Source: Ruminococcus sp.
GTDB lineage: Bacteria > Bacillota > Clostridia > Oscillospirales > Acutalibacteraceae
Direction: 5' to 3'
Length of the DNA stretch: 64,000 nucleotides
Assembly: GCA_051880895.1 (NCBI GenBank)
Contig: JBJEOV010000087.1
Coordinates: 32,135 to 96,134, forward strand
Positions 20,861 through 30,218 of this stretch are shown here, one piece after another (the stretch's first letter is position 1; each line of letters begins with the position of its first letter). The translations under genes were made by a program, and so were the position numbers. The notes beneath the pieces were generated by a model that did no database searches, was not told the DNA's origin, and saw only the letters and a list, made by a program, of their open reading frames with translations.

Positions 20861-21778
20861 ATGAATATTTCTGAAATTCAGAATAAAATTCTTGAGTTAA
20901 AAAAAGAAAAGGATGTCTGTATTCTTGCTCACAGCTATCAGGCAAGAGAAATCTGCGAAATTGCCGATTTTACGGGCGACAGCTACAAGCTGAGCGTTGA
21001 CGCAAGCAAGGTTAAGAACAAAAATATTCTGATGTGCGGAGTCCGCTTTATGGCTGAAACCTGCAAAATCCTTTCTCCGGATAAAACAGTTTATCTTGCT
21101 CAGCCGGGAGCAGGCTGTCAGATGGCTGACCAGATGGACAGGGAAATGATTTCTTCGGTAAAAAAAATGTACCCTGATTATGCGGTTGTTGCATACATAA
21201 ATACTACCGCAGAATTAAAAACTATTTGTGATGTTTGTGTTACAAGCTCATCTGCTGTTAAAATTGTAGGCAATATGCCTGAAAAGAATATTCTTTTCAT
21301 TCCCGACTGCAATCTCGGCGATTATGTAAGCCGTCAGCTTCCCGATAAAAATATAAAGCTTTTGCAGGGCGGTTGTCCGATTCACGCCTGCGTAACTGCC
21401 GAAGATGTCAGGAAAGCCAAGGCTCAGTTCCCTAATGCTCAGTTACTTGTGCATCCGGAGTGTCAGCCTTCGGTTGTTGAGCTTGCCGATTATGTAGGTT
21501 CAACCTCGGGAATTATGAATTATGCAAAAAACAGCGATAAAAAGGAATTTATCATCGGCACGGAAATCAGCATAGCTGAGCATCTGCAATATGATTGCCC
21601 CGATAAAAAATTCCATATTTTAACGCAGAAGCTCATCTGTCCGAATATGAAGGCTACTACTCTTATGGATGTGTTCGATTGCCTTAACGGCGAGGGCGGC
21701 GAAGAAATTGTCCTTGATGAGCAGACCATTACAGACGCAAGAAAATGTATTGACGAGATGATAAGACTTGGCGGTTAA
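20861..21778 (+). CDS. nadA: Quinolinate synthase
   Basis: ILAHSYQ, CGVRFMAET, YINT, VHPEC, CPNMK. Confidence 0.93.
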   Translation: MNISEIQNKILELKKEKDVCILAHSYQAREICEIADFTGDSYKLSVDASKVKNKNILMCGVRFMAETCKILSPDKTVYLAQPGAGCQMADQMDREMISSVKKMYPDYAVVAYINTTAELKTICDVCVTSSSAVKIVGNMPEKNILFIPDCNLGDYVSRQLPDKNIKLLQGGCPIHACVTAEDVRKAKAQFPNAQLLVHPECQPSVVELADYVGSTSGIMNYAKNSDKKEFIIGTEISIAEHLQYDCPDKKFHILTQKLICPNMKATTLMDVFDCLNGEGGEEIVLDEQTITDARKCIDEMIRLGG

Positions 21779-21788
21779 GGAGAACGGT

Positions 21789-22862
21789 ATGACCGAAAGG
21801 GCATTAATTGCAATGAGCGGAGGCGTTGACAGCTCTGTGGCGGCTTGCCTGATTAAGGAGCAGGGCTATGACGCTACGGGCATAACGCTCAAGCTTTTTG
21901 ACAACGAGGATATCGGCGAAAAGAAAGAAAAAACCTGCTGTTCGCTTGACGATATTGACGACGCAAGAAATGTGTGCAGAAAAATCGGCATACCTTATTA
22001 TGTATATAATTTTAAGGACAGCTTTAAGGAAAATGTTATAAACCGGTTTATTTCTGCATACGAAAACGGCTGTACGCCCAATCCCTGCATTGACTGCAAC
22101 AGATACATCAAGTTTGAAAAGCTGATGCAGAGGGCAGACGAGCTTGATTTTGACTATGTTGTAACGGGACATTACTCGGTTATAGAGTATGACAGGGCTT
22201 TGCAGAGATATCTGCTGAGAAAATCCCCCGACGCAACAAAGGATCAGAGCTATGTACTGTATTCGCTTACCCAAAGACAGCTTTCAAGAACTCTCCTGCC
22301 GCTTGGCAGGCTTACAAAAAGTCAGGTAAGGGAAATTGCGGAAAAATATAATCTGATAAATGCCAAAAAGCACGACAGCCAGGATATATGCTTTGTGCCT
22401 GACGGCAAATATGCACAGTTTATTGAGCAATATACCGGCAGAAAATACGATTGCGGGGATTTTGTTGATGAAAGCGGCAAGGTTCTCGGTACGCACAAGG
22501 GAATTATAAGATATACAATAGGGCAGAGAAAGGGGCTCGGTCTTGCTTTGCCTCACCCTATGTATGTCAAGGAAAAGGATATTGAAAACAACAGGGTAAT
22601 ACTTTGTGAAAATGACGGACTGTTTTCTAAGGAGCTTTATGCAAAGGATATTAACCTTATTGCATACGAAAAGCTCGACAGTCCTTTGCATATAAAAGCA
22701 AGGGTAAGATATAATCAGCCTGAGCAGGACGCCACTGTTGAACAGCTTTCCGACAACAGACTTCACATTGTATTTGACAAACCGCAGAGAGCAATCTCCA
22801 AAGGACAGGCAGTAGTACTGTATGACGGAGATGTTGTTATAGGTGGAGGAACAATAGAATAA
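21789..22862 (+). CDS. mnmA: tRNA 2-thiouridylase
   Basis: AMSGGVDSS, TPNPCIDCN, KDQSY, DSQDICF, TIGQRKGL; AAGGAG RBS. Confidence 0.95.
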   Translation: MTERALIAMSGGVDSSVAACLIKEQGYDATGITLKLFDNEDIGEKKEKTCCSLDDIDDARNVCRKIGIPYYVYNFKDSFKENVINRFISAYENGCTPNPCIDCNRYIKFEKLMQRADELDFDYVVTGHYSVIEYDRALQRYLLRKSPDATKDQSYVLYSLTQRQLSRTLLPLGRLTKSQVREIAEKYNLINAKKHDSQDICFVPDGKYAQFIEQYTGRKYDCGDFVDESGKVLGTHKGIIRYTIGQRKGLGLALPHPMYVKEKDIENNRVILCENDGLFSKELYAKDINLIAYEKLDSPLHIKARVRYNQPEQDATVEQLSDNRLHIVFDKPQRAISKGQAVVLYDGDVVIGGGTIE

Positions 22863-22897
22863 ATACTCGCTGTTTCCTGAATACTCAGTGTTTCCTA

Positions 22898-22931
22898 AAT
22901 CGGCTTGCCTTTACGGTGAGCCGATTTTTTT
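22898..22931 (+). terminator. Intrinsic terminator after mnmA
   Basis: AATCGGCT/AGCCGATT stem plus T-run. Confidence 0.8.
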
Positions 22932-23091
22932 AGAAAAAATCATCAAAAAGCAACATTTTCAAAGTCTTGATATAATGAGATGTGACAATTTTTAACATAT
23001 TATAAAATAAAGCAATTACAGCAACAAATCAGAATATTTCCGCAAAAGCAGTACACTTGTGTTGTAAAAAAACACAAGGAGGTGCCAAAGT

Positions 23092-23136
23092 ATGTGGGAA
23101 AATTTCTGGGAATGGTGGCATAATTTTTTCGGATGA
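23092..23136 (+). CDS. 14-aa aromatic micropeptide MWENFWEWWHNFFG (not in ORF track)
   Basis: AAGGAGGT RBS 8 nt before ATG; extended -10 TGATATAAT at 22968-22976; highly non-random composition. Confidence 0.6.
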   Translation: MWENFWEWWHNFFG

Positions 23137-23150
23137 TGCTCAAATCAATA

Positions 23151-23179
23151 GTGACTTTGTTCACCCGATATGATATAAT
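23151..23179 (+). promoter_or_regulatory. Promoter of the GHKL sensor gene
   Basis: GTGACT-17-TATAAT with extended TG. Confidence 0.55.
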
Positions 23180-23212
23180 GTTTAATATAAAATAATTCCG
23201 GAGTTAAGCATT

Positions 23213-24694
23213 ATGTCAACCGATATTTCAACCTTTATACACGAAACAGCCCTGACTTTCGTATCAAAATTGCCTGTTATTTATTCGGCGGCATATATTT
23301 TTATGAAGGTCACAAACCAAAAATGCAGCAAAGCAAAGTTGATTTTGTCTTTGACTGCATTTTTCGGCGTTGCTCTTGTTTCTTCCTTGCTGAAATTTTT
23401 CAGCGTCGGTTTAGCATTAATGGTATCCTATATCCTGTTTATACTTACAATAACCTTATTAACAAAAAAGCCTATTAAAATCTCTGCTCCGATGTCTGTA
23501 ATAATGTTGGGGATATCCTATTGCATAAGGTTTATATGTATTTTTTTATGCAGTATTATAGGATATTTTTTTGCTCTTAATCCTAAAGATATTTTCCCTG
23601 ATATAATTGTACTTATAATTAATATGACAGCTACCTTTCTTATTATGAAGATAAAGCGGTTAAAAAACGGCTTGAGTTTTTTTGATGATACAAACAATTT
23701 AGGTATCGGACTGCTTTTATCAGGCTTTATAGTTATTGTTGTAATGATTGTATCAGGTGAAAAGGAGATATATATTTCATTTTATCCAATTCTTGCTATC
23801 GGTATGGTAATCTGCTCAATAGGAGCCGTACTATGGATAAAAAACAGCATTAAAAGGCATTATAAAAGCCGACTTTTGCAAAAGGCAGACGAGCATTATA
23901 ATTCTATAATAGCAGAAAAGGACAATATCATTGACGAGCTTACAAAGTCAAACGCCTATCTGTCAAAAATAGTTCATCGTGACAATCACCTTATGACTTC
24001 CCTGCAATATTCCTTAAATGAGCTTTCAGACTGCAATAACAGTGAAGGACAAAAACAAATAATCAAGGAGATATTAACACTTGCAAAGGAAAGAAACGAG
24101 CTTGTACTGCACGAGCAAGCCGAAAATAAAATACTTGCCAAAACAGGCAATTCTGTTATTGACGGCGCTCTTATGAATATGTATATAAAAGCCACTGCTC
24201 ACAAAATAAGCTTTGACCTGATTGCAAACGCCGATGTCAGCTATATTATCAATCATTTTATCTCGCAGACAGAGCTTGAAACCCTGCTTTGCGACCACAT
24301 CAAGGACGCAATCATTGCAGTGGATTCCTGCGGCAGGCAGAACGGCAGTATTCTTGCCTCAATATCAAATTCAGACGGAATATACGAAATCTCCGTACAG
24401 GATAACGGAATTGAGTTTGAGCCTGACACCCTGCAAAGGCTTGGTATTGAAAGAGTTACTACTCACAAGGATAGCGGCGGAAACGGCATAGGCTTTATGA
24501 CAAGCTTTGACACACTCAGAAAGGCAGACGCAAGCCTTATTATAACCGAATACGGAGCAGACAAGCCGTTCACAAAGTCTGTTACATTCAGATTTGACGG
24601 TCAGGGTAAATTTATTATTAAATCCTACAGAAGTAATATTCTGAAAGAAACCGTTAAACGCTCCGATGTAAAGATTTACGGTGTTCATTTATGA
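23213..24694 (+). CDS. AgrC-like multi-TM sensor with GHKL ATPase domain (orphan)
   Basis: About 6-7 TM helices; HRDNH putative H-box; ISVQDNG and GGNGIGF G-boxes; no adjacent response regulator or AgrB. Confidence 0.75.
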   Translation: MSTDISTFIHETALTFVSKLPVIYSAAYIFMKVTNQKCSKAKLILSLTAFFGVALVSSLLKFFSVGLALMVSYILFILTITLLTKKPIKISAPMSVIMLGISYCIRFICIFLCSIIGYFFALNPKDIFPDIIVLIINMTATFLIMKIKRLKNGLSFFDDTNNLGIGLLLSGFIVIVVMIVSGEKEIYISFYPILAIGMVICSIGAVLWIKNSIKRHYKSRLLQKADEHYNSIIAEKDNIIDELTKSNAYLSKIVHRDNHLMTSLQYSLNELSDCNNSEGQKQIIKEILTLAKERNELVLHEQAENKILAKTGNSVIDGALMNMYIKATAHKISFDLIANADVSYIINHFISQTELETLLCDHIKDAIIAVDSCGRQNGSILASISNSDGIYEISVQDNGIEFEPDTLQRLGIERVTTHKDSGGNGIGFMTSFDTLRKADASLIITEYGADKPFTKSVTFRFDGQGKFIIKSYRSNILKETVKRSDVKIYGVHL

Positions 24695-25101
24695 TTAAAC
24701 TATCAAAAGCTGATTATAATAAAATTATTGCTCACGCAGAAAGCGAGCTGCCCAACGAGGCGTGCGGTCTGATTGCAGGCAATATTGACGGCGAAAACAA
24801 GGAGATTAAGAAGGTTTATTTCCTTACAAATACAGACCACTCAAACGAGCATTTTTCGCTTGACCCAAGGGAACAGCTTGCGGCTGTAAAGGATATGCGC
24901 AAAAACGGCTTGATGCCGCTCGGCAACTGGCATTCTCACCCCGAGTCGCCGTCAAGACCGTCTGACGAGGACAAGCGACTTGCCTATGACAGCAAGGCAA
25001 GCTATATGATTCTGTCGCTGATGGACAGGGAAAATCCTGTACTTAATTCGTTTAAAATCAGCTCATCACAGGCAGAAAAGGAAGAATTGATTATTTACTG
25101 A
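24691..25101 (+). CDS. Mov34/MPN/JAB (M67) metalloprotease, Mec-like
   Basis: PNEACGL, WHSHPESPSRPSDED (JAMM motif), YMILSL. Confidence 0.88.
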   Translation: MIKLSKADYNKIIAHAESELPNEACGLIAGNIDGENKEIKKVYFLTNTDHSNEHFSLDPREQLAAVKDMRKNGLMPLGNWHSHPESPSRPSDEDKRLAYDSKASYMILSLMDRENPVLNSFKISSSQAEKEELIIY

Positions 25102-25116
25102 TTCAGGAGGATAATT

Positions 25117-26034
25117 ATGTACGACATTGTTATTATCGGAAGCGGTCCGGCAGGACTTTCCTCGGCAATTTACGCTCAGAGAGCAGGACTGAGGGCTGTA
25201 GTTATTGAAAAAATCTATCTCGGCACAGGTCAGATTGCCGAAAGCGAGAGAGTAGACAATTATCCCGGACTTTACGGAGAAAACGGCTTTGACTTGGGCG
25301 AAAAATTCCGCACCCACGCAGAAAGCCTCGGGGCGGAGTTCCTCGAGGGCGAGGTCGTAAAAATCAGCAAAAAAGATGCAGATTACAGTATTCTGCTTGA
25401 CAATGGCAGTGCTTTGGATACGCACACAATTATTTATGCCGTCGGCACAGAGCGCAGAAAGCTCGGCGTTGAGGGCGAAAAGGAATTTTCGGGCAGAGGA
25501 GTATCGTACTGTGCGGTTTGTGACGGTGCTTTTTACAGAGATAAAATCACAGCCGTAGCAGGCGGCGGAGATACTGCGCTCGGAGATGCGGTTTTGCTCT
25601 CAAAATTTGCCAAAAAGGTTTATCTGATTCACCGCAGAGATAAATTCAGAGCAAACAAAACCTTACAGCAACGGGTAGAAAGTATTGCGAATGTTGAAAT
25701 TCTCCTTGATTCGCAGATAACGAAAATCGGCGGCACAAATAAGGTAGAGAAGATAACAGTTTTGCAAAACTGTGAGTCCAAGGAAATTGACGCTGACGGT
25801 GTTTTCGTTGCAGTAGGCAGCGTGCCTAATTCGGCAATTATCAGGGATTTGGTTGATATTGATGAAAACGGCTATATAATTGCAGACGAGGACGGAGTAA
25901 CCTCGGCGCAGGGTATATTTGTTGCAGGCGATGTACGCACCAAAAAGCTCAGACAGGTGGTTACCGCCGTATCGGACGGAGCAAACTGCGTATTGTCAGC
26001 AGAGGAGTATCTGCAAAAGAATTTTGGGTATTAA
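25117..26034 (+). CDS. trxB: Thioredoxin reductase-like FAD oxidoreductase
   Basis: IIGSGPAG, GVSYCAVCDG, AGGGDTA, IFVAGD. Confidence 0.85.
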   Translation: MYDIVIIGSGPAGLSSAIYAQRAGLRAVVIEKIYLGTGQIAESERVDNYPGLYGENGFDLGEKFRTHAESLGAEFLEGEVVKISKKDADYSILLDNGSALDTHTIIYAVGTERRKLGVEGEKEFSGRGVSYCAVCDGAFYRDKITAVAGGGDTALGDAVLLSKFAKKVYLIHRRDKFRANKTLQQRVESIANVEILLDSQITKIGGTNKVEKITVLQNCESKEIDADGVFVAVGSVPNSAIIRDLVDIDENGYIIADEDGVTSAQGIFVAGDVRTKKLRQVVTAVSDGANCVLSAEEYLQKNFGY

Positions 26035-26046
26035 GGGAAAAAACCT

Positions 26047-26136
26047 ATGAAAACAGAAAGGCTGAGTACGGATATACTGATAATAGGCGGCGGAACGGCA
26101 GGGACTTTGAAATTTAATGAAATTCAGAATTCATAA
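26047..26136 (+). pseudogene. N-terminal stub of an FAD flavoprotein, probably adenylylsulfate reductase alpha (AprA-like)
   Basis: MKTERLSTDILIIGGGTAG (FAD dinucleotide-binding start), then AT-rich repeat-like sequence and a stop. Confidence 0.55.
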
Positions 26137-26160
26137 TTCAAAATTTTTTATATGTAAGCA

Positions 26161-26200
26161 AAAAACAAGCAACAGTAATAAAGCTGTCGCTTGTTTTTTT
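26161..26200. terminator. Bidirectional terminator at the glmS 3' end
   Basis: AAAAACAAGC/GCTTGTTTTT stem. Confidence 0.7.
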
Positions 26201-26228
26201 GAAATATTTATTGTTTATTTTTACTGTA

Positions 26229-28058
26229 TTACTCAACAGTAACCGATTTTGCAAGGTTTCTTGGCTTATCGGGGTCGTTGCCCTTATTTACTGCTGTGTA
26301 ATATGCGAGTATCTGAAGCGGTATTACCGCAGAAATAGGCATAAGAAGCTCATCCGTCTGAGGCACCTTGATTACATAATCTGCAATGCCGTCCTCGAGA
26401 GTTCTTGCGCAAGCCTCCGAGCATACAAGTATATTCATAGCCCCTCTTGACTTGACCTCAACAATATTACTGATAGTCTTTGCAATAAGGTCGCTCTGTG
26501 TAGCAACAGAAATAACAGGCATACCGTCCTCAATAAGAGAAATTGTGCCGTGCTTTAATTCGCCTGCCGCATAGCTTTCGGAGTGAATGTAAGATACCTC
26601 CTTGAGCTTGAGCGAGCCTTCCATTGAAAGCGCATAGTCAAGACCTCTGCCGATATAAAGCAGGCTGTCGGTTGTAATAAGCTTTGTAGCCACATATTTG
26701 CACTGCTCTTCTGTTGTTTCAATAACATACTTAACAGCGTCAGGCATCTTAAGAAGTGCCGCAACAAGCCTTTTGCACTCAGCCTCGCTTACGGTTTCCT
26801 TTGCAAGAGCAAGCTCAAATGCAAACAGATACATAACGGAAAGCTGTGTTATATAAGCCTTTGTGGAAGCAACGGAAATTTCCGGACCTGCAAGAGTATA
26901 GATGAGCATATCAGCCTCTCTTGCAATAGAGCTGCCCTTTGCATTGACAATAGCAAGCGTTGTAGCTCCCTTTTGCTTTGCAAGACGCATAGCGGCAAGG
27001 CTGTCGGCAGTTTCGCCCGACTGAGAAATAATAATTACAAGGTCGCCCTTGCCGACTATCGGATTTCTGTATCTGAATTCAGAGGCAATGTCAACATTAA
27101 CAGGCACTCTTGCAATGCCTTCAATAATATATTTTCCGACAAGACCGGCGTGCATTGCTGTACCGCAGGCAACAACAGAAACAGACTTGAATTCCTTAAG
27201 CTTTTCAAGTGTAATACCGCATTCCTCAAGGCAGGGAAGACCGTCCCTTACTCTCGGCGCAACAGTAGTTCTGATAGCCTGTGGCTGTTCGTTTATTTCT
27301 TTTATCATAAAGTGAGGATAGCCGCCCTTTTCGGCAGCCTCCATATCCCAGTCTGCAACCTTAAGTTCCTTTTCGATAGGATCGAGGTGTTCGTCAACAA
27401 AGGATACGCCGTCGGCAGTGAGCGTAGCGATTTCGTCGTGGTCGAGAAGATAATAATTCTTTGTATATTTAAGAATTGCAGGCACATCAGACGCAATAAA
27501 GCATTCGCCGTCAGCCACACCTACGATAAGCGGACTTTCCCTTCTCACTGCAAAAATTCTGTCAGGAAAATCCTTGAACATAATACCGAGTGCAAAAGAG
27601 CCTTTAAGCTCAGCCATTACGCTGTCTATGGTTTCAAGAGGGTTTCCGTTGTACTTATAGTCAAGCAGCTGTGCGACAACCTCTGTATCGGTATCGCTCA
27701 GAAAGGTTCTTCCCTTGGATACAAGAAATTCCTTTAATTCAATGTAATTTTCAATAATTCCGTTATGAACAATGGTAACTCTTGCGCCGCTGTGCGGATG
27801 TGAGTTTACATCTGACGGCTCGCCGTGAGTTGCCCATCTTGTATGACCGATACCGACATGCCCCTCGGGCTTGCCCTCCTCAGCCATTTTATCAACAAGA
27901 TTTTTAAGCTTACCCTTTGTTTTTACTGTTTCAATTCCGTTTTCTCCAAAAACAGCTATGCCTGCTGAATCATAGCCTCTGTACTCAAGCTTTGTGAGTG
28001 CGCTTACAAGCACATCGCTGCAGTCCTTGAGTCCAACATATCCAACAATACCACACAT
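26229..28058 (-). CDS. glmS: Glutamine-fructose-6-phosphate transaminase
   Basis: MCGIVG, LEYRGYDSAG, GHTRWATHG, SQSGETAD, PRNLAKSVTVE. Confidence 0.97.
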   Translation of the reverse strand: MCGIVGYVGLKDCSDVLVSALTKLEYRGYDSAGIAVFGENGIETVKTKGKLKNLVDKMAEEGKPEGHVGIGHTRWATHGEPSDVNSHPHSGARVTIVHNGIIENYIELKEFLVSKGRTFLSDTDTEVVAQLLDYKYNGNPLETIDSVMAELKGSFALGIMFKDFPDRIFAVRRESPLIVGVADGECFIASDVPAILKYTKNYYLLDHDEIATLTADGVSFVDEHLDPIEKELKVADWDMEAAEKGGYPHFMIKEINEQPQAIRTTVAPRVRDGLPCLEECGITLEKLKEFKSVSVVACGTAMHAGLVGKYIIEGIARVPVNVDIASEFRYRNPIVGKGDLVIIISQSGETADSLAAMRLAKQKGATTLAIVNAKGSSIAREADMLIYTLAGPEISVASTKAYITQLSVMYLFAFELALAKETVSEAECKRLVAALLKMPDAVKYVIETTEEQCKYVATKLITTDSLLYIGRGLDYALSMEGSLKLKEVSYIHSESYAAGELKHGTISLIEDGMPVISVATQSDLIAKTISNIVEVKSRGAMNILVCSEACARTLEDGIADYVIKVPQTDELLMPISAVIPLQILAYYTAVNKGNDPDKPRNLAKSVTVE

Positions 28059-28091
28059 TATGCTTTCTCTCCTTTATTTATGCAGATTTTA

Positions 28092-29960
28092 TCAGTTAAT
28101 CTTATGGTTAAAAGTAGGTACAAGATTTGCAAGAAGCTCGACTGTCTTTTCACTGTCGTTGCGTTCAGCCGCTTTCTTAAGCTCGTCAAGCTTTTTAAGC
28201 AATTCATCTGAATTAATATTTATCTGATTACCGATAAATATCTTTTCATTCGCAGTGGATTTCAGTCCTTCTTCGTCCATCAGAAGCTCCTCAAAAAGCT
28301 TTTCGCCCGGTCTTAAGCCGGTAAAGACAATCGGAACATCCTTGTACGGAATCTTGCCATACATTCGGATGAGATTTTCGGCAAGAGTAGTGATTTTTAC
28401 GGGAGCGCCCATATCAAGAACAAAAATCTCGCCGCCGTGAGCCATTGCGCCTGCCTCAAGCACAAGCGAAACAGCCTCGGGAATAGTCATAAAATATCTT
28501 ATTATGTCGGGGTGAGTAACGGTTACGGGCGAGCCGCTTTCAATCTGTCGCTTGAACAGCGGAATAACCGAACCGTTTGAGCCAAGCACATTGCCGAAAC
28601 GGGTGGTTACAAATTCGGTATGAGTGCTGTGCTGAGCCTTGTGCTGAATAATCATTTCACAGGCTCTCTTGGTTGCGCCCATAACATTTGTGGGATTTAC
28701 AGCCTTATCAGTTGAAATCATAACAAATTTATCGGCACCGTATTTTTCCGCAAGCTCTGCAACATTAAATGTACCGAAAATATTATTCTTAACTGCCTCC
28801 TCGGGCACGGTTTCCATCAGGGGAACATGCTTATGAGCGGCAGCGTGAAATACAAGCTGAGGTCGGTATGTTTTAAATATCAGCTCCATCTTGTCGTAAT
28901 CACGGACAGATGAAATCAGGGTTACAAGATTCAGCTCTGAGCCGTACTCAAGCACAAGCTCCTGCTGAATATCGTAGGCGTTATTTTCATATATATCTAC
29001 GATGATTATCTGCTTGGGTGAATACTTTGCAATCTGTCTGACAAGCTCGCTTCCGATAGAACCGCCGCCGCCGGTGACCATACAGATTTTCCCCGTAACT
29101 AATTGCTTAATCTCTTTTTTATCAAACTCAATCGGCTTTCTGCCGAGCAGATCGGCTATTTTTATTTCCTTTGCCTGAGAAATAAGCTGTGTGTGCTTAT
29201 CGTCAAACAAAAGCTCGCTCAGATAAGGAATTATCTTGATTTTACACTCTGTTTCAGAGCAATAATCAAGGATTTTGCGCTTTTCCTCTTCTTCGCAGGA
29301 CGGCACGGCTACAATAATATTTGTAATTCTGTTATCAATGCAAATCTTAGGAATTTCTCTGCATACGCCTAAAACAGGCACGCCGTTAATACTTCTGTTA
29401 AGCTTTGTTTCGTCATCATCAACAAAGCCTACCGCCGTAAGGTTGCGTGCAGGACTGTTTTCGTCATAGCTTGCATTCTGAATCTCGGTAAGTATCATTC
29501 TGCCAGCGTTGCCTGCGCCGACAATAAGTGTACGCTCGGAGTTGTCGGCTCTTCCGACCTCCGTAAGATTAAGAAAAGTACGCTTGAACAATAATCTGAA
29601 CAAAAGCACTCCACCCGTTGCAAGCACTGCATACAGCGCAACAAACAAAACAGATGGGCTTATTTGTAAAACAGTCATAATTATAAAGCTAAGGCAAAAG
29701 CCTGCCATCATAGCCAGACCGCAGACAAAATAGTCCCTGACATTAAAATATCTCCATAGTCTTTTATATGCACCCGCACCGTACAAAAAAAGAATGCAAA
29801 GGGGGAGATTAATTATTATAGTGTAAAGCAGACCCTTGCTTCCCTCGGAAAGCTCGGGGAATATAAGTGACAATATATAATTAAGCACTATGCCGCTGAC
29901 TACAATAATAAATACATCTGCTGCCGCAAGAATAATTTTACGATAATTTATTTTCCTCAT
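28092..29960 (-). CDS. CapD/PglF-type UDP-GlcNAc 4,6-dehydratase (polysaccharide biosynthesis protein)
   Basis: 4 TMs; TGGGGSIGSEL, HAAAHKHVP, STDKAVNP, RFGNVLGS, GLRPGEKL. Confidence 0.92.
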   Translation of the reverse strand: MRKINYRKIILAAADVFIIVVSGIVLNYILSLIFPELSEGSKGLLYTIIINLPLCILFLYGAGAYKRLWRYFNVRDYFVCGLAMMAGFCLSFIIMTVLQISPSVLFVALYAVLATGGVLLFRLLFKRTFLNLTEVGRADNSERTLIVGAGNAGRMILTEIQNASYDENSPARNLTAVGFVDDDETKLNRSINGVPVLGVCREIPKICIDNRITNIIVAVPSCEEEEKRKILDYCSETECKIKIIPYLSELLFDDKHTQLISQAKEIKIADLLGRKPIEFDKKEIKQLVTGKICMVTGGGGSIGSELVRQIAKYSPKQIIIVDIYENNAYDIQQELVLEYGSELNLVTLISSVRDYDKMELIFKTYRPQLVFHAAAHKHVPLMETVPEEAVKNNIFGTFNVAELAEKYGADKFVMISTDKAVNPTNVMGATKRACEMIIQHKAQHSTHTEFVTTRFGNVLGSNGSVIPLFKRQIESGSPVTVTHPDIIRYFMTIPEAVSLVLEAGAMAHGGEIFVLDMGAPVKITTLAENLIRMYGKIPYKDVPIVFTGLRPGEKLFEELLMDEEGLKSTANEKIFIGNQININSDELLKKLDELKKAAERNDSEKTVELLANLVPTFNHKIN

Positions 29961-30055
29961 ATTTTAGTTGTCCCCTACAAATTTATATGATTATATAAAA
30001 ATAAATGAATGTTGAGTTCCAAAATTAAAGATATTACACAAATTTATTACACAAT

Positions 30056-30084
30056 ATTATACAACAAAATTCAATTTTTGTCAA
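30056..30084 (-). promoter_or_regulatory. Sigma-A promoter of the capD-like gene and glmS
   Basis: TTGACA-17-TATAAT. Confidence 0.75.
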
Positions 30085-30218
30085 ATGAGAAACAATTTTG
30101 TTTTTTATTATTCGGGCAGTTTTTTATGTTATTTTTCGCTATATTTGACAAATACTTATTTTAGATATAATATAAATTTATAGACAACATAATATTATTA
30201 TGAAAAAAGGACAATTTT

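Noticed and set aside
22862-22897. 18-bp tandem duplication containing TCAGTGTTTCC, identical to the MITE end
   Set aside because: Only 11 bp match with no partner end; could be a scar but cannot be told from chance.
23092-23213. Trp-attenuation leader reading of the W-rich micro-ORF
   Set aside because: No terminator/antiterminator lies between it and the next gene, that gene has its own promoter, and it is not a tryptophan pathway gene. Disfavoured, not excluded.
28058-28092. glmS ribozyme
   Set aside because: Only 33 bp separate glmS from the upstream gene; no ribozyme core is present.
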